Of a stretch of DNA of 64,000 bases, positions 38,747-56,192 are shown in pieces; the first letter of the stretch is position 1; every line of letters starts with the position of its first letter. Under the pieces are notes generated by a model, which searched no databases, was not told the origin of the DNA, and saw nothing but the letters and a program-made list of their open reading frames with translations. Position numbers and translations under genes: made by a program. This stretch comes from Dimorphilus gyrociliatus. Lineage: Eukaryota; Animalia; Annelida. The DNA is taken from positions 674,165 through 738,164 of the forward strand of contig CAJFCJ010000024.1 of assembly GCA_904063045.1 (NCBI GenBank). Direction: 5' to 3'.

Positions 38747-41700
38747 ATGTCCAATCAACGGTCAAGTGAGTATTTTCAGTGTTACTTTTCATGTAAGAGT
38801 TTTTCAATTCGAACATATTAGTGATGTAATTCTCTTCTCTTAAACCACTAATTAATTACCATATTTATATAATTATGACAAAAAGGTTCGATTTTATACT
38901 TAAACTTCTTTTCTTCTCTCTTTCTTTTCCTTGAGAAGATTACTTTTTTCTTTTTTGCGCTTATCTCTCTCTCTCTCTTTCTGTTAACTTTTTCTCCTTG
39001 CAACTTTTGCGACCGTTGCCTTTTTTGATAAAAGATTATACATTCCCAATTAGATAATTTTGTTAAAGTGAGTACTTTTAAGAGAAGAGAAATTATCATT
39101 TTATTCAAGATTATCTTCACTAGAAACCAAAAATTAGCACATGCATTCTAAAAGTTCGGAAAAGAAAGATAGACGCTCTTTTTAAAAATCATTTCCATAT
39201 TTAGATTTTCCGTTTTAGCTGAAACTTTATTAGTTGTTGGCTCTCTCTCTCTCTCTCTCTCTTTGACAAAGAAAATAGGTGTTAAAAGGCTAAGTTTAGG
39301 AAACTGAAGGTATTTTGTAGAAAGATAGGGACAACTTGGAATAAAGTTTGTTAAAAAGAAAAAGAAAAGATGTAAGGGAAAAACAGACTTTTAGCAGCAA
39401 AAGTATTAGTTATAAAGCAATTTAGGGGTGGAAAGTTGATAGATAGTAAACTATAAATTTGTATATAATTAGATAAAAAAAATGACATTAGGAAGTATAT
39501 TTACAAAAGGAAAAAGTAGCGCCAAAAAGACAGAACCGTATTACAAATATGCCAACAGCAAAAGACAGCAGTCGCCTCTAACACTTAACGTTTCTTTTTT
39601 ATTTGAATAATTAATAAATTTTATAGAAGGAAAGAGAACAGCTAGAGGCGAATGTAAATAAAAGTTAAAATATATTTCCCAACAAAAGAGGAAATTGGCT
39701 TAACTTTACTTAAAAAAGCAGGAAACCCGGGACCGTTTCATGCACTTTGGCAGCGTCTAAAGAGCGTGACGCCAGAGACGCGTTTTAGTTCCGTCGTACG
39801 TGTCAACGGATTTAGCTGCTTTTTGCTTTTTGTTTGACGTTAATCGTATACTGTGTCGGTTTTCAGTTCGTAAGAGTATATATATGTTTATACGTAAAAT
39901 TTTATTTGTATATGCAGACGATCGATTGTTGGATGTTCTCTGTAAGGTTTGCGGTGATCGAAGCTCCGGCAAGCACTACGGTATTTACAGTTGTGACGGT
40001 TAGTAATTAATATTATGTTTAGCTTGCTCGCGTGATCTATAGATTATCTTTATTTCTTTTGATGCTTTTTAACTTTTATTCACCTCTACATTCTTCCTAC
40101 AGGATGTTCCGGTTTCTTTAAAAGAAGTATTCACAGAAATCGAGTTTATAGTTGCAAAGCGCAAGGCGAATTAAAAGATAAATGTCCAATTGATAAGACG
40201 CATCGCAACCAATGCAGAGCTTGCAGATTACGACACTGTTTCGCCGCCGATATGAATAAAGATGGTAAGAATTCATTTTTCCAATAATTCAGGAGCAAAA
40301 ATGTTTAAATAAGTCAAATTACAAGTCAAGAAAGCAATAAATCAAATCTCTATTAGAAAAACATTAAACGTTAATATTATAATTTCATTAACTGAAAAGC
40401 GAAAAAGGGGTGGAACTATCAATAGTATTTTTTTGCGCATGCGCTAAATAAAAAGAAAGTAAGTAGTACTTCGATATAATACATAGAATATAATAATATA
40501 GAGTACATCTATAATATCTGTACAAATTTATTTAATAATATCCAGGGTAAGTATCTTAGATTTCTTCCTAATACAGATTTCTAGGAAACTCTCTTTTTCT
40601 ATCAAAACACAAATAAGTTTCTATTTTACCGAGTTATTACAAGGCCAGTAAAAGAAGAAAAGTTGGAATAATCTGTTTAAAAAACGTCTTTATATACATA
40701 AATATTTTAGTAAAAGAACCATAAAGTAAATAACTTAATTACTTATATAAATAATATGAAATTTGTATATATAAGTAGAACAAATTGAATTTACAAATTA
40801 CTGCTAATAATGACGTAATAACTGATTATAATGATATTCTTATATATTTTATAATATATATATATATATATATTATTTGGTGAAAGTGTATTTATTATTA
40901 AATTACCAGTTTATTTTTTAATCGTTATTTCTTTAATTAATTTACTAATTAAATCAGTATCTCTATCATAGATTTTATTAGAATTTGATAAAGAAATTAA
41001 CGTATTTATATAGATATAGATATTCGTGTACGTTTAGCAAAGTCAAGTTGTGTTGTCTCGATACATTTTACGGACACTTAATAAAAAAATCAAATAAACT
41101 CTTCTATAGTTTGTCATAATGCAACCATCAGCTATCTTTCTTATAGTTCTGGATGTTATCTAATAGTAAATACATAAAAAGATATATGAATATATAATGT
41201 AAATACTATATAGTTTTATTTATTTAGACAGATTTTTACATTTTTTAACTAAAAATTACCGTCTAGTGATAAATTATTTCCTCATATAATTTGTAACGCT
41301 TAGACGCTTCCTTTGGTCAGGAAACGATTTTTGAACTCAGACGTTTCTAATTTGACCCCTAATTATAGAATGTCTGAAATCTAAATTAAAAAAACCTACA
41401 CTTTTGATACATTAAAGGCGGAAAACTATTGATGAGTCCTCGTGTAAATCACTATATACGCCTACATCTCTGGAAAAGCGGGCAGCTGTTCTATCAGAAC
41501 GGCAAAAGTAATCCTATCAGATCGTAACAAATCGGCAGAAAGCGAGTGGCAAATTGATTGTTTGTCACTCGCCAAACACCTGTTGGACTACCCAGCGTAC
41601 TTTATTGACTATTTTCCTCTTTGTTGTCATTTTTTACAAGAATCCCTACTTGTGCCCTCCATCTACTTCTCTTTCAACCGCAAAAAAAAGAATAATTTTT

Positions 41701-42638
41701 AAATCTCTTCCCTTAGGTCAAAAAACTAAAACTCTCAGTAAAAGTCTACTAATAAAATTCCTGTGTTTTCAGCTGTTCAACACGAGCGAGGACCTAGAAA
41801 AGGGAAACAAAAGCAAACTGTAACGAAAGAAACAATTAACGCCCCAAAATCAATCCCTTCGGCCGTTACACCTTCACCACCTGTTTCTACTCGACCCTCG
41901 GTTATAACGCCAGTAGATCTTAGGTTAAAATTGCCTCAGCCAACTCCTTCAGCTCTTATCTTACCAACTTTATTGCACGGTCTCATTGGAGCAGAAAGAG
42001 TGACGGACGCCGCTGTTATAGCTGGAAGAATTGGAGAAAGTTTACAAGAGATTACAGCCAGACTGCTTTTTTCGGTAGTCACGTGGTGTAAGCAGGTGGC
42101 TCCCCTTCGGGCGTTGACTGTCGCTGATCAACTATTGCTGGTTGAGCACTCCTGGAGAGATCTGTTTGTACTGTCATTAGCGCAGTGGCATGTTCCCCTC
42201 GAAGTGAATACAGTATTGGAGTGTGGAGGCGTTCAAAGGCAAACCATGGCTCCTGATACTTTAGCTATATTGCTCTCACACATAAGACAGCTGAGAGATG
42301 TTGTTGGTCGAGTGAAGGCCCTGAATCTAGATCCAACCGAATATGCTTGCCTAAAAGCCATTGCCCTATTTAAGCCAGAATTGAGGGGACTGCGAGAAAC
42401 GTCTATAGTCGAAGAACTACAAGATCAGGCACAATATCTGTTGGCCGAGTACGAGAAGCAACAGATCGCTCAGGCACAGAGATATTCAACAAGATTCGGC
42501 AAAGTTCTCTTGTTACTACCAGCTCTTGCATCAGTAAATTCAGCGGCTTTGGAAAAGCTCTTCTTTCATGAAACAGTAGGGAACGTTTCCATTGAACGAT
42601 TAGTTGTTGATATTTATCATACTGAGAATTACGATTAA
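38747..42638 (+). CDS. dsf: Nuclear receptor of the NR2E family, dissatisfaction ortholog (4 exons, 375 aa)
   Basis: Exons 38747-38765, 39918-39998, 40103-40264, 41773-42638. The [72 protein letters not shown]...[14 protein letters not shown] carries the dsf-type residues (GDRSSG, YSCDGCSG, SIHRNR) rather than tailless-type ones. The ligand-binding domain is complete and ends [10 protein letters not shown]. Confidence 0.92.
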
Positions 42639-43097
42639 TTCTCCTTCCCAAAAACATTTTGCCTAAATCTTAGAATTACTTTAAACTCGCACACTTCGCC
42701 AATTCATCATCTTTAATTGATATAATATAATATTTAATGACATACTTATATATGTGTGTATGTATTAATATAAGATATATTTATATATTATAAGTATATA
42801 AATATAGATAGAAAATATTTCCATATATTTCAAATACAATTGTAAATTCAGTGTACACAAAATTGAAGATAAGCTTATAAGAACACTCTCAGAAAGATTA
42901 AGGATTCAGGAAATGGAGTACTTGAACTTATGAGTTGTTTGAACAGCAAAAGTATTTATAATTAGACGCTTTTAGTACAAACTCTCTTTCATGCGCAAAC
43001 AATGGGTCACTCGCTACTTGTTAAATCAATTTGAAATTATTAATTCATACTAAGTCATTAAAAACATACCTTGAAAGAGAGAGACATCATATTTGTG

Positions 43098-43099
<2 letters not shown>

Positions 43100-43131
<32 letters not shown>
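43100..43131. repeat. (CT)n microsatellite
   Basis: CT dinucleotide run downstream of dsf. Confidence 0.95.
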
Positions 43132-43134
<3 letters not shown>

Positions 43135-44642
43135 ACATATTAGTACAGCAAGTTCACAAAGTAAAGACTTTAATTTGGCTATAAAACCTAAAGATGTAAA
43201 TAAAGAAACACTTTTCACATGACAACATATTTACATAAAATATAATAAAGGCACATTTATTTTAAAAGAAACTATACGCCATCTCTATTTTCTATAACGT
43301 TTTATTATACACGCCACCTTACGACAATAATAAAAAACTCTAAGAATAATCTCTCTTCAATTTCACGATGTTATGAAAGTATTATATTCTATATTTGGAA
43401 ACTATCAAGGCAATGATTATTCAAGAAAATGCATTTTAGGTAAATGAATATCATTTAGCATGATAAGTAATTTATCCTTGTTGCCTTTAACAATAATTAT
43501 GCTAACGTTACATTTAATTTTCTATCACTATATGTTTGCTTGTTCCTTTCCTCCTTTTGATATTTCTACCCCTCCCTCTCCCCCTTCTTTAATTTTAATT
43601 ACTTTATCTTTCATAGAAAAATCTATGGAAGATAGAAGAATATCCTAAAGAATAATCAGCTTTTATCGATGATGCTTCTTTTTTAAATCTACACAATTAA
43701 TCCATGTTTGAAAAGGCAGCAGATAGATAGGTGATAGAAGAAAATATGATAAAAGGGAGAAGGGGGAACAAAAGATGAATATGAGTAAGTAAGAGTGTAA
43801 GATTATACAAACAAATATAATCATTAAGCATTATATATATTTAGACAAACGTCAATTTTCTATCATAATCTTGTATTTTAATAATCTCTTGATTAAAGTT
43901 CAAAACGAAAATTTTCACTATTTCTATTTTATTAAGCAAAAAATAAAGTGAAGAGAATAAAAACACATAAAGGAACGAGTGAAAAACTTATATTAAACTT
44001 GCATTCCAGCATGTTATTCTAGACAAAGAACGAATAATAATTAAATATTAAATTTGTAATATCATAACTAATAAGTTTCCTATTAATTATGCACGAACTC
44101 TATCATATAGGCTTACTTACTGTTTTAAGTTTAGTAAACATAGATATACATGTACATGTATTTTGAACGAACGCCTTTTTTTTATTCTAATATATAAATA
44201 TAAAACTGATTAATACCATTTAATATTAAAAAGTAAAAGATACGAAGATACTCTTTCCATTGTTCTTTCTGTATAATAGTTGCTTTTATTTAGGCAATTG
44301 GCTTCAAAAAGTATTCACAACGTCAACTGACAACAGTCAAGTTTTTTCATACATGTTAAGAAAGAAAGTTAAGGATCAAAATACATTATTAAAGACTTAT
44401 AAGAGATAGAGAGGCAGACATAGAGACAGAGAAATAAATTGAACTTGAATCATGGAGGTTTCTCTTTCAATGTTTATACATTACTTATACATCATTATAT
44501 ATTAATGTATAATATATGTATATATAGCTTACGACTTCATCACATTTACATTTTAAATTCTTATAAGTTGAGATTGGAATAAACACCAAAAGCAATTACG
44601 AAAAAAAATCAATTACATGCCAACGCCTTCCTGGAGGATAGT

Positions 44643-45100
44643 TTAATCTTGTTCTTGTGGAACTGGGCATTTGTTAAGCATTTCCAAAACTTCGGCTGCA
44701 GTTGGACGCTTCATTGGGTCCGGGTTTGTGCATCTACGCACGACTTCTCTCAACTTTAATTTTTTAACAAAAGTAGTTTTTTGTAATTACTACTGAAAAT
44801 ATCTTTTTTGAAAAGAGATTGTTTGCAACCTACCACTTCAAGAATCTTTTCCTCCTCTGGAGTTAATTTCTTCTTTAATTCTTCATCTTTGAAATTTTCA
44901 TCATCGAAATCACCATCATCCATATCCAAAGCAACATCTTTCTATATTCAAACAAAATTTTCTAATCTATTTAAAAAGTTAAAAGCTTTAATATTTACTT
45001 TTTCTCTGTCCTCTTCAGGCCACGAATCAGAATCAGCTTCGGATTTGCTAAATCCGGCGTTTGAATAACCGGATACACCAGTTGTTTCGGTAACAGACAT
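44643..45100 (-). CDS. 106-aa acidic microprotein ending in a protein-kinase subdomain XI-like motif (3 coding exons)
   Basis: Exons 45100-44999, 44941-44834, 44753-44643 are all phase 0 with GT-AG introns. The product is MSVTETTG...WPEEDREK|KDVALDMDDGDFDD...EEEKILEV|LREVVRRCTNPDPMKRPTAAEVLEMLNKCPVPQEQD*. An upstream exon 45953-45857 has stops in all three frames and is a likely 5' UTR exon. Confidence 0.72.
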
Positions 45101-48100
45101 TTTAGATTTTCTGGAGGAAGAAAAAAAAACAGTAAATTTAAATATGCCAACATAATATTTTCATAAATAGGAAAGATAAGAAAAAGATAAAAAAAAAACA
45201 AAGAAAAGAAACAAAATACTCATAAAATAAAAAAAATTTAGGAAAAAAATCAAATTATATTTCTTTTTTGCCTAAATCGACAAAATAAAATAAAATAAAC
45301 CTGCTCGATACAAAGCTGAGAGATAAATGAAACAGTCACACCCAGGTAATTTAGTCACGAATGTATTTTTGAAAACGAGATGAAAATCATGATCAATTGA
45401 TCTACAGAAAACTAATTCCTTAGGAGTTGGTTTCTGTAAATGATCCTTTTTTTTTCATTATTAGCTATCTTTGAAAAAATAAAATAAAGAATAAAATGAA
45501 AATAATAGTTTATTTGTTTTTTTTTCTCTATAGGAAGAAAATGAAAAAATAGGAAAATTCAATGGGATTTTTCCTTTTTTTAAAAGAACAAATTCAAGTT
45601 GTTTTCTCTTCTTTTTTAAAAATTATGTTTATATTTATATATTGTAATAATCATAATATTACTAATAGATTTTATACATTTTTTTATCCAATGTTCCATT
45701 TGTTGTTAATTCTATATCATCCAATTTTGCGCTATCTTTTTTATCCTTATCGACATCAAATTTCCTAAATGTTGAAAAATAAGTTAATCATTTAAATACA
45801 GTATATTTTTTATTACAAGTGTTAAATAACATGAACTAGCAAACGAGGTGTCTTACCTGTCCATTTTTACTCATACGTATCCCGGGAGAAGGGAATCGAT
45901 AATTTTTTTATACAATCTGTATGTTTCTATCATACGACGCTAAGTAACATATCTGTAAATAAAAATTTCATAAGTATCTTCGAAAATAATTTCAAATAGT
46001 TAAAAAGAAAAGAAAAGTTGAAAAATATTACGAAAAGTCTTGCTCTACTTCACCTTAACAAAGTTAGGACTAGATGTGAGAGGAAAACAAGTAATATAAG
46101 ACAGACTGTTGATTATGTGGTAGGTCTTGATATGATTCCATAGCAACTAAAAAGCTTTGCATTACGTATTTTATTAATTCATTACTTATAAATTTTACCA
46201 TAAACAATACATTATATGTATAAATATATATAAATGTAGATATATATATATATATTTATATAAATAAGTAATCGCTATCGCTTTCACTCCAAGCTGCATT
46301 TTAAATGAATTTTTATTTCTAAGATAATATAAATAATTATAATTATTCAATTACTATTCAACGACTACTTTGCTTATTGACGATAAAAAACGATATTTAT
46401 AAATTTATATATTTAAAAAAATGGTCTATTTCTTCTTCTAATTTGGCAGACAATACGCTTTTATTAGCATAATTTTCAAGTGCAAATAAGAAGAAATATA
46501 TCTAATAATCATTCTTTTATTATTGAATGAATGATACGATTTTTATAAAACACTTAAAGGTTGTATAATAATTCTCTTCTTTTATTATTATGATATTTCT
46601 TTTCAATTTACACTACCTTAATAGATTGTTCTTGCTCCTTTACCATTGCTTTTACATTATTATGCTGCCATCTAACATATTATACAATAACTAAGGAATT
46701 GATCTATTTATATACATTAAATGTTTTTCATTTCATTAAAATAAATAGTTTACTATCAAGAAGTTAGAAGAAGAATATGATCAAAGAATAAGAAAAAAAG
46801 TAAACAACTTCTTAGTCTGTTACTTAAAGTCCACCAGATATACAATATTTGTTTATGTATTAACCTTTTGACTTTTGTCAAATATATTCTGACTTTCAAT
46901 GAATAATGTAAAACTTTCTTTTTTGTTTGTATTCCCATAATATCAATTCCTTTTAGAATTATTATAGAAAAGTACAATAAAACTCTAAAAATAGCTCTTT
47001 GCTTCTTATCACCTTTTGATTGATAAATATATCTGATTTTAATTTGTCTGAATGAGTTTAAGAGTTTCAATTTTTAGTTTCAAAAATTTATTGATTTTTA
47101 TATAATATTCTGTATATATATAAATATATATAATCAGATAACATTTTATATAATCAATAAATACAAAAGGAGAGTTATAAATACTATTTTACAAAAAAGC
47201 AATTGTATGAATAAACTGGTAGCCTTTAAATTACTATTTTTTCGTTTTTCTTCTTCTTATTCTTCTTATTCTCTTTCTTATAAATCATTCATCTCATTAT
47301 TAGTACACTTATTGAAATGATAACGTATCATTTTGGGAACGCTTCTAGTAACTATTTCCACCAGTCTAAAAATTATTATTACTTATCAATTTGTATAATG
47401 TATATACTGCTTATACAAAACTATATTGCATAATATATCCATAAACCATGTAGATTTATAATTTTCTGGCCAGCTATTTTGACAAATAAAGGAATCATTG
47501 TAATAGATCAAAAGGTGAAATTATATGTCTATTATTCTACCTTCTAACTTATTTACATCATTATTAATAAAGTGTTTTTACATAAAGAGGTTAATTTGTA
47601 CATTTTAGAACAATGAATAAATAACGCGATATAAATGAATAAAGTATATTTATATATATATAACCATATAAACCAAAAATAACCATACATAATGTAAAAT
47701 TTATCTCTCTACACCTATATACTACTATACAGTATACACTATACATTTTTATATACAATAATTTCAAATTTATATGAATTATATCATGTTACCACCAACC
47801 TTAGTGGCAGGTAAGTACATGATTACTCATATAGAATGAATTGAACAATGTAAATTATTAAAAAATTAATAAATATCTTCTCCTCAGTGATATGACATTA
47901 TGAAATTAACATTTTTCCGTAGATTCTTATTCAATAATTTAGTAAATATATATAAGAATATAAATATATCATCATTTAAATTGATTAGCAAGAAAAAATA
48001 TTAAAAAACCTACTTTCTAATCTATAAAGAGCAAAGAATAAACTTATAATTGATATATTCATTACTTGTCTTAAATATTACTTAGCCTACGGTCTATTTT

Positions 48101-48490
48101 CTTATTTCCTGTGCCAAAAGGAAGTAATAATTATAATGATATAATCATAATTATAGTTGGAATGAAACCTTTTGTTAAAATTGCTTCATTTTTTTGTGAA
48201 AAAAAATTGATTATTCCAAATACTTTTTTTTAAAATAGATTTTATATTGATGTCTTTTTTTATATAAAAATTTCATCTTCTACTTCCCTATTTGATTTAG
48301 AATTTTCGTTCGATTTTTTTTAATAGATTATCTTTTAACGATTAAAAAAATGTACTATTTTTACTGTAATGAAAAAGTAAAAATTATTCAATATAAATCA
48401 AAGATGTCTAATTAATAGCCATTAGATTCCTAACGACCCTTTTAAGCTGGTATTTATGGGACATTTTCCGCCTTTAAATAGATATCTGTA

Positions 48491-48549
48491 ACAATAGATG
48501 GCACTGCAAACATCTTACCAGTTTTCGTAGGCTGTTGTACGCATGCGCA
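48491..48549. promoter_or_regulatory. Scm proximal promoter with CTCF-like and NRF1-like motifs
   Basis: acaatagatggcactg (48491-48506) and acgcatgcgca (48539-48549) lie in a GC-enriched island about 250-300 bp upstream of the Scm ATG. Confidence 0.5.
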
Positions 48550-48790
48550 GTTTAAACAAACATGTCGGTGGCGTTGATTCGCAGTAATGTTCTAAATTAA
48601 TACAATTTCCCAACAAAAAAGTCAAAATTGAGTAGATCTAATCGGAAAAATTGAAAGATAACAGCTTGAAAAACATATAGTTCGAGCCTCAAGATCTGAT
48701 TTGAAACAACAAGCGATAAAAACATTAATCTCATCAAAAGTTGTCCGCGTTGTCAGTTCACAAATCTGTCAGAAAAAAGAGGCGAAAGAA

Positions 48791-53384
<4,594 letters not shown>

Positions 53385-54343
53385 ATTATAAAAACAAGGA
53401 ATCATCTGCATTTACTTTAAAAGTGAAATATCTAACGTTTGTTCAAGCCGCTAAAAGACATCTTTACTTTTTTTTTCTTTTTATTTATTCAACTGTATTA
53501 TTTTGAATGAATGAATGAAGTGAAGCCGTTAAATATTCAGGTTCTTTATCGGCATATTACAAAGAAGAAACAAAAAATTTGCAAACGTTTTTTCTTTTTT
53601 CATTGTTTATAAAAATTTTATCTTTTTTTTTTTTTAAAAACAAAGAAAACATTGAAAAGAATTAGTCAAGATAAACTTTAAAGCTAATGTTGTCTTTATC
53701 ACCCGAAATAGCTGCTATAAATATACATCTTTTTCAAAATTGCAACTCTAAAACAGAAAGGCAACAGATAATAATTGTTCTTCTACTGTTCTTGTTTAAT
53801 GGTGCCAAATACACTACAGTTATAGAAAATACTATAAAAATTCTCAGAATTTAATATTTTCCTTTTAAATATCTTGTTTAAAAAGATAAGTTTGCTTTTA
53901 TTGATCTTTTGATTTAACTGCTAATTGTACAAGCTTATGAACGAATACATTTTTAATGCCCTAAAAGCCGGTTGGGAATTGTATATTCCTTCCTTCCTTC
54001 CTTGCGCTTTCTCTCTTCCTTTACCCCTTCGTTAATCATTATCTTTTTTTATAGTTTATACTGGCTAATTTGTTCATCTGATGTCTTAAATTGATAAATA
54101 TAAAGAGAATTATCTATAGACGTTCAACACAAATGGATTATATATTTGTTTCTGATGTTTTATATTGAAAAATAGTGAAATTTTAACTTATGCATTTAAA
54201 TTCTTAACTTATAGAGCAAATAATACGAATAACGAAATAATCAGCTAATTAAATCAATTAACCTGTGCTAAATATTACAAAATAATAATCGCCAATACTT
54301 CCAGAGTTTAGCATTACCAGTATATCAAAACAAAACCGTTAAA

Positions 54344-54930
54344 ATGTCCAAAAAAAAGCAAAGAGTTACTTATATAGATAGGGGAGAGCCGGCTTTTATA
54401 GCGGAGATGAAAAGAAAGGCTGGATTAAACTATCAAGAGCCGACTATTGAATCAAAGGTGTTTATCAAGTGTCCATTTGAGACGGTTTCTCTCAAAAATA
54501 TTGAGCGATAATAGACGTTCTGAAATATTTGTAGAACATTGAAGAAAATCATGAACCCGATAGTGACGACGACGAAGAAACCGGAGATTTAGCTCCTTCT
54601 GTAGTAGTCTTAAAGAGAGGTGACCTTGGAGAAGAAGAATTTAAAAAGCTTAGAGATGAAGAAAAAGCTAAAAAGGATGCTGGTAAGTTTCTAATTTACA
54701 TATTGTTTCGGAATATGTAATTATAATATAGGTATTTTATTACAACAATAGAAAAGGTAGCCGATGGAAAGATGACTTATAGAAATGCTACAAAGAGGTC
54801 TTCAGAAAAAACTGAAAAAGAAGAAAATGCTAAACGGAAGAAAGAAGAAAAATCAGTTAAAAACGACGCTAAAGCTCATAAGAATACCAATCTCTTATCA
54901 TTTGGGGACGACGAAGAAGAGGATGGTTAG
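54344..54930 (+). CDS. KIAA1143 (DUF4604) homolog, 3 exons
   Basis: MSKKKQRVTYIDRGEPAFIAEMKRKAG...EPTIESK|...APSVVVLKRGDLGEEE...|...NLLSFGDDEEEDG* matches the family's N-terminal, central and LLSF-acidic C-terminal motifs. Confidence 0.85.
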
Positions 54931-56192
54931 AAATGACTAGAAATATATCCACAATAACGTCACATTTCTATAATGTTTTTTCATATGACTTTTATTCTTT
55001 TTGTTCTTTTTCCTGATATTTTTTAATTGAAAAGACAAAAGTCTCTTATAATTTAAATAAACAAGGTGAAAAATTCTTGATTTTATTTATCAGCAATAAG
55101 GATTATTTATAACTCATTTCAAATTCAAAACAAAGTGTGGCAGCTGCAAAATGGTAACATATTTATAAAATACACTTTTAACCTGTTTGAATTTCCAAGT
55201 TGAAAAAAATAATATGCATACATAGCAGTATAAATTATATACAACTATGTTCAATAAATCAATAGAAATTTCAAATATATTTTATAAAATACACAGATAT
55301 TCTTTAAATGTAGGAAAAAGTAGAAAAAATATCTTCCCTATCATATCATTTCTAATGAAAGTTTTTTTTTTAAAAAGAAAACTTTACAGAATAAAACTTA
55401 CTCTTTTCATTTCCTTAGATTTCAATGGGCAAATGTTACCATTAATTTTTTTTTTATAGTTCTTTAAAGGGAAATGTAGTCGACATAAATAGAAATAATA
55501 CATACAATATTAATTATAAGTGGAATTTATTTATATGGTTGAATGTCATATAAAGATTATTTATGTCTCTATATATGCAAATTTTGTATATATACTCTGT
55601 TAAATTTTAAGTATAACGATACATAATAGAGACAAGATATGACTGATATTTTTCACAAAAAAAGCTATACATTATTATAAGTTATTGGAAGAGTGAAAAC
55701 ATTTCCCAACTGTTCTTTATAAGAAATTAAGGTTTTTTTTTAACATATATAAACTCTGTAACAAATAGATATGTATACGATGTAAACATTTTTATATATG
55801 TAACTTCTAAATTTTCATTGCAGGTGACAAAAAAAACAGCAATTTTCTATGAATAAACAAGCGAACACAAGACATAATTTTATGTTAGATAGTCATAGGT
55901 AGATAGAGATTGCAGAAATAAAAAACCATGGAAAAAAAATAAGCAATTTGAAGAGAAAAAATGAAAATAAGCACAGAAAGAGATCGCGATCACATTTCTT
56001 TTTTTCAATGAGTGCAGAATAAATACGAAAACATGAATTTCTTTTTTCTTCAAAAAATTTTGGTAAAAATTATCGAAAAGAAGCAAACTTTTCCACAGAT
56101 TTTCTTATATTCTTTCGTTAAATAAGTAAAATTTATTCATTGGAATGTTATGAATAAATATCGAAAGATACAAGGGCTCTTCCTTGGAATGT

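Noticed and set aside
39918-40264. Initial reading as tailless (NR2E1)
   Set aside because: DBD residues (GDRSSG, YSCDGCSG, SIHRNR, longer second finger) fit dissatisfaction rather than tailless.
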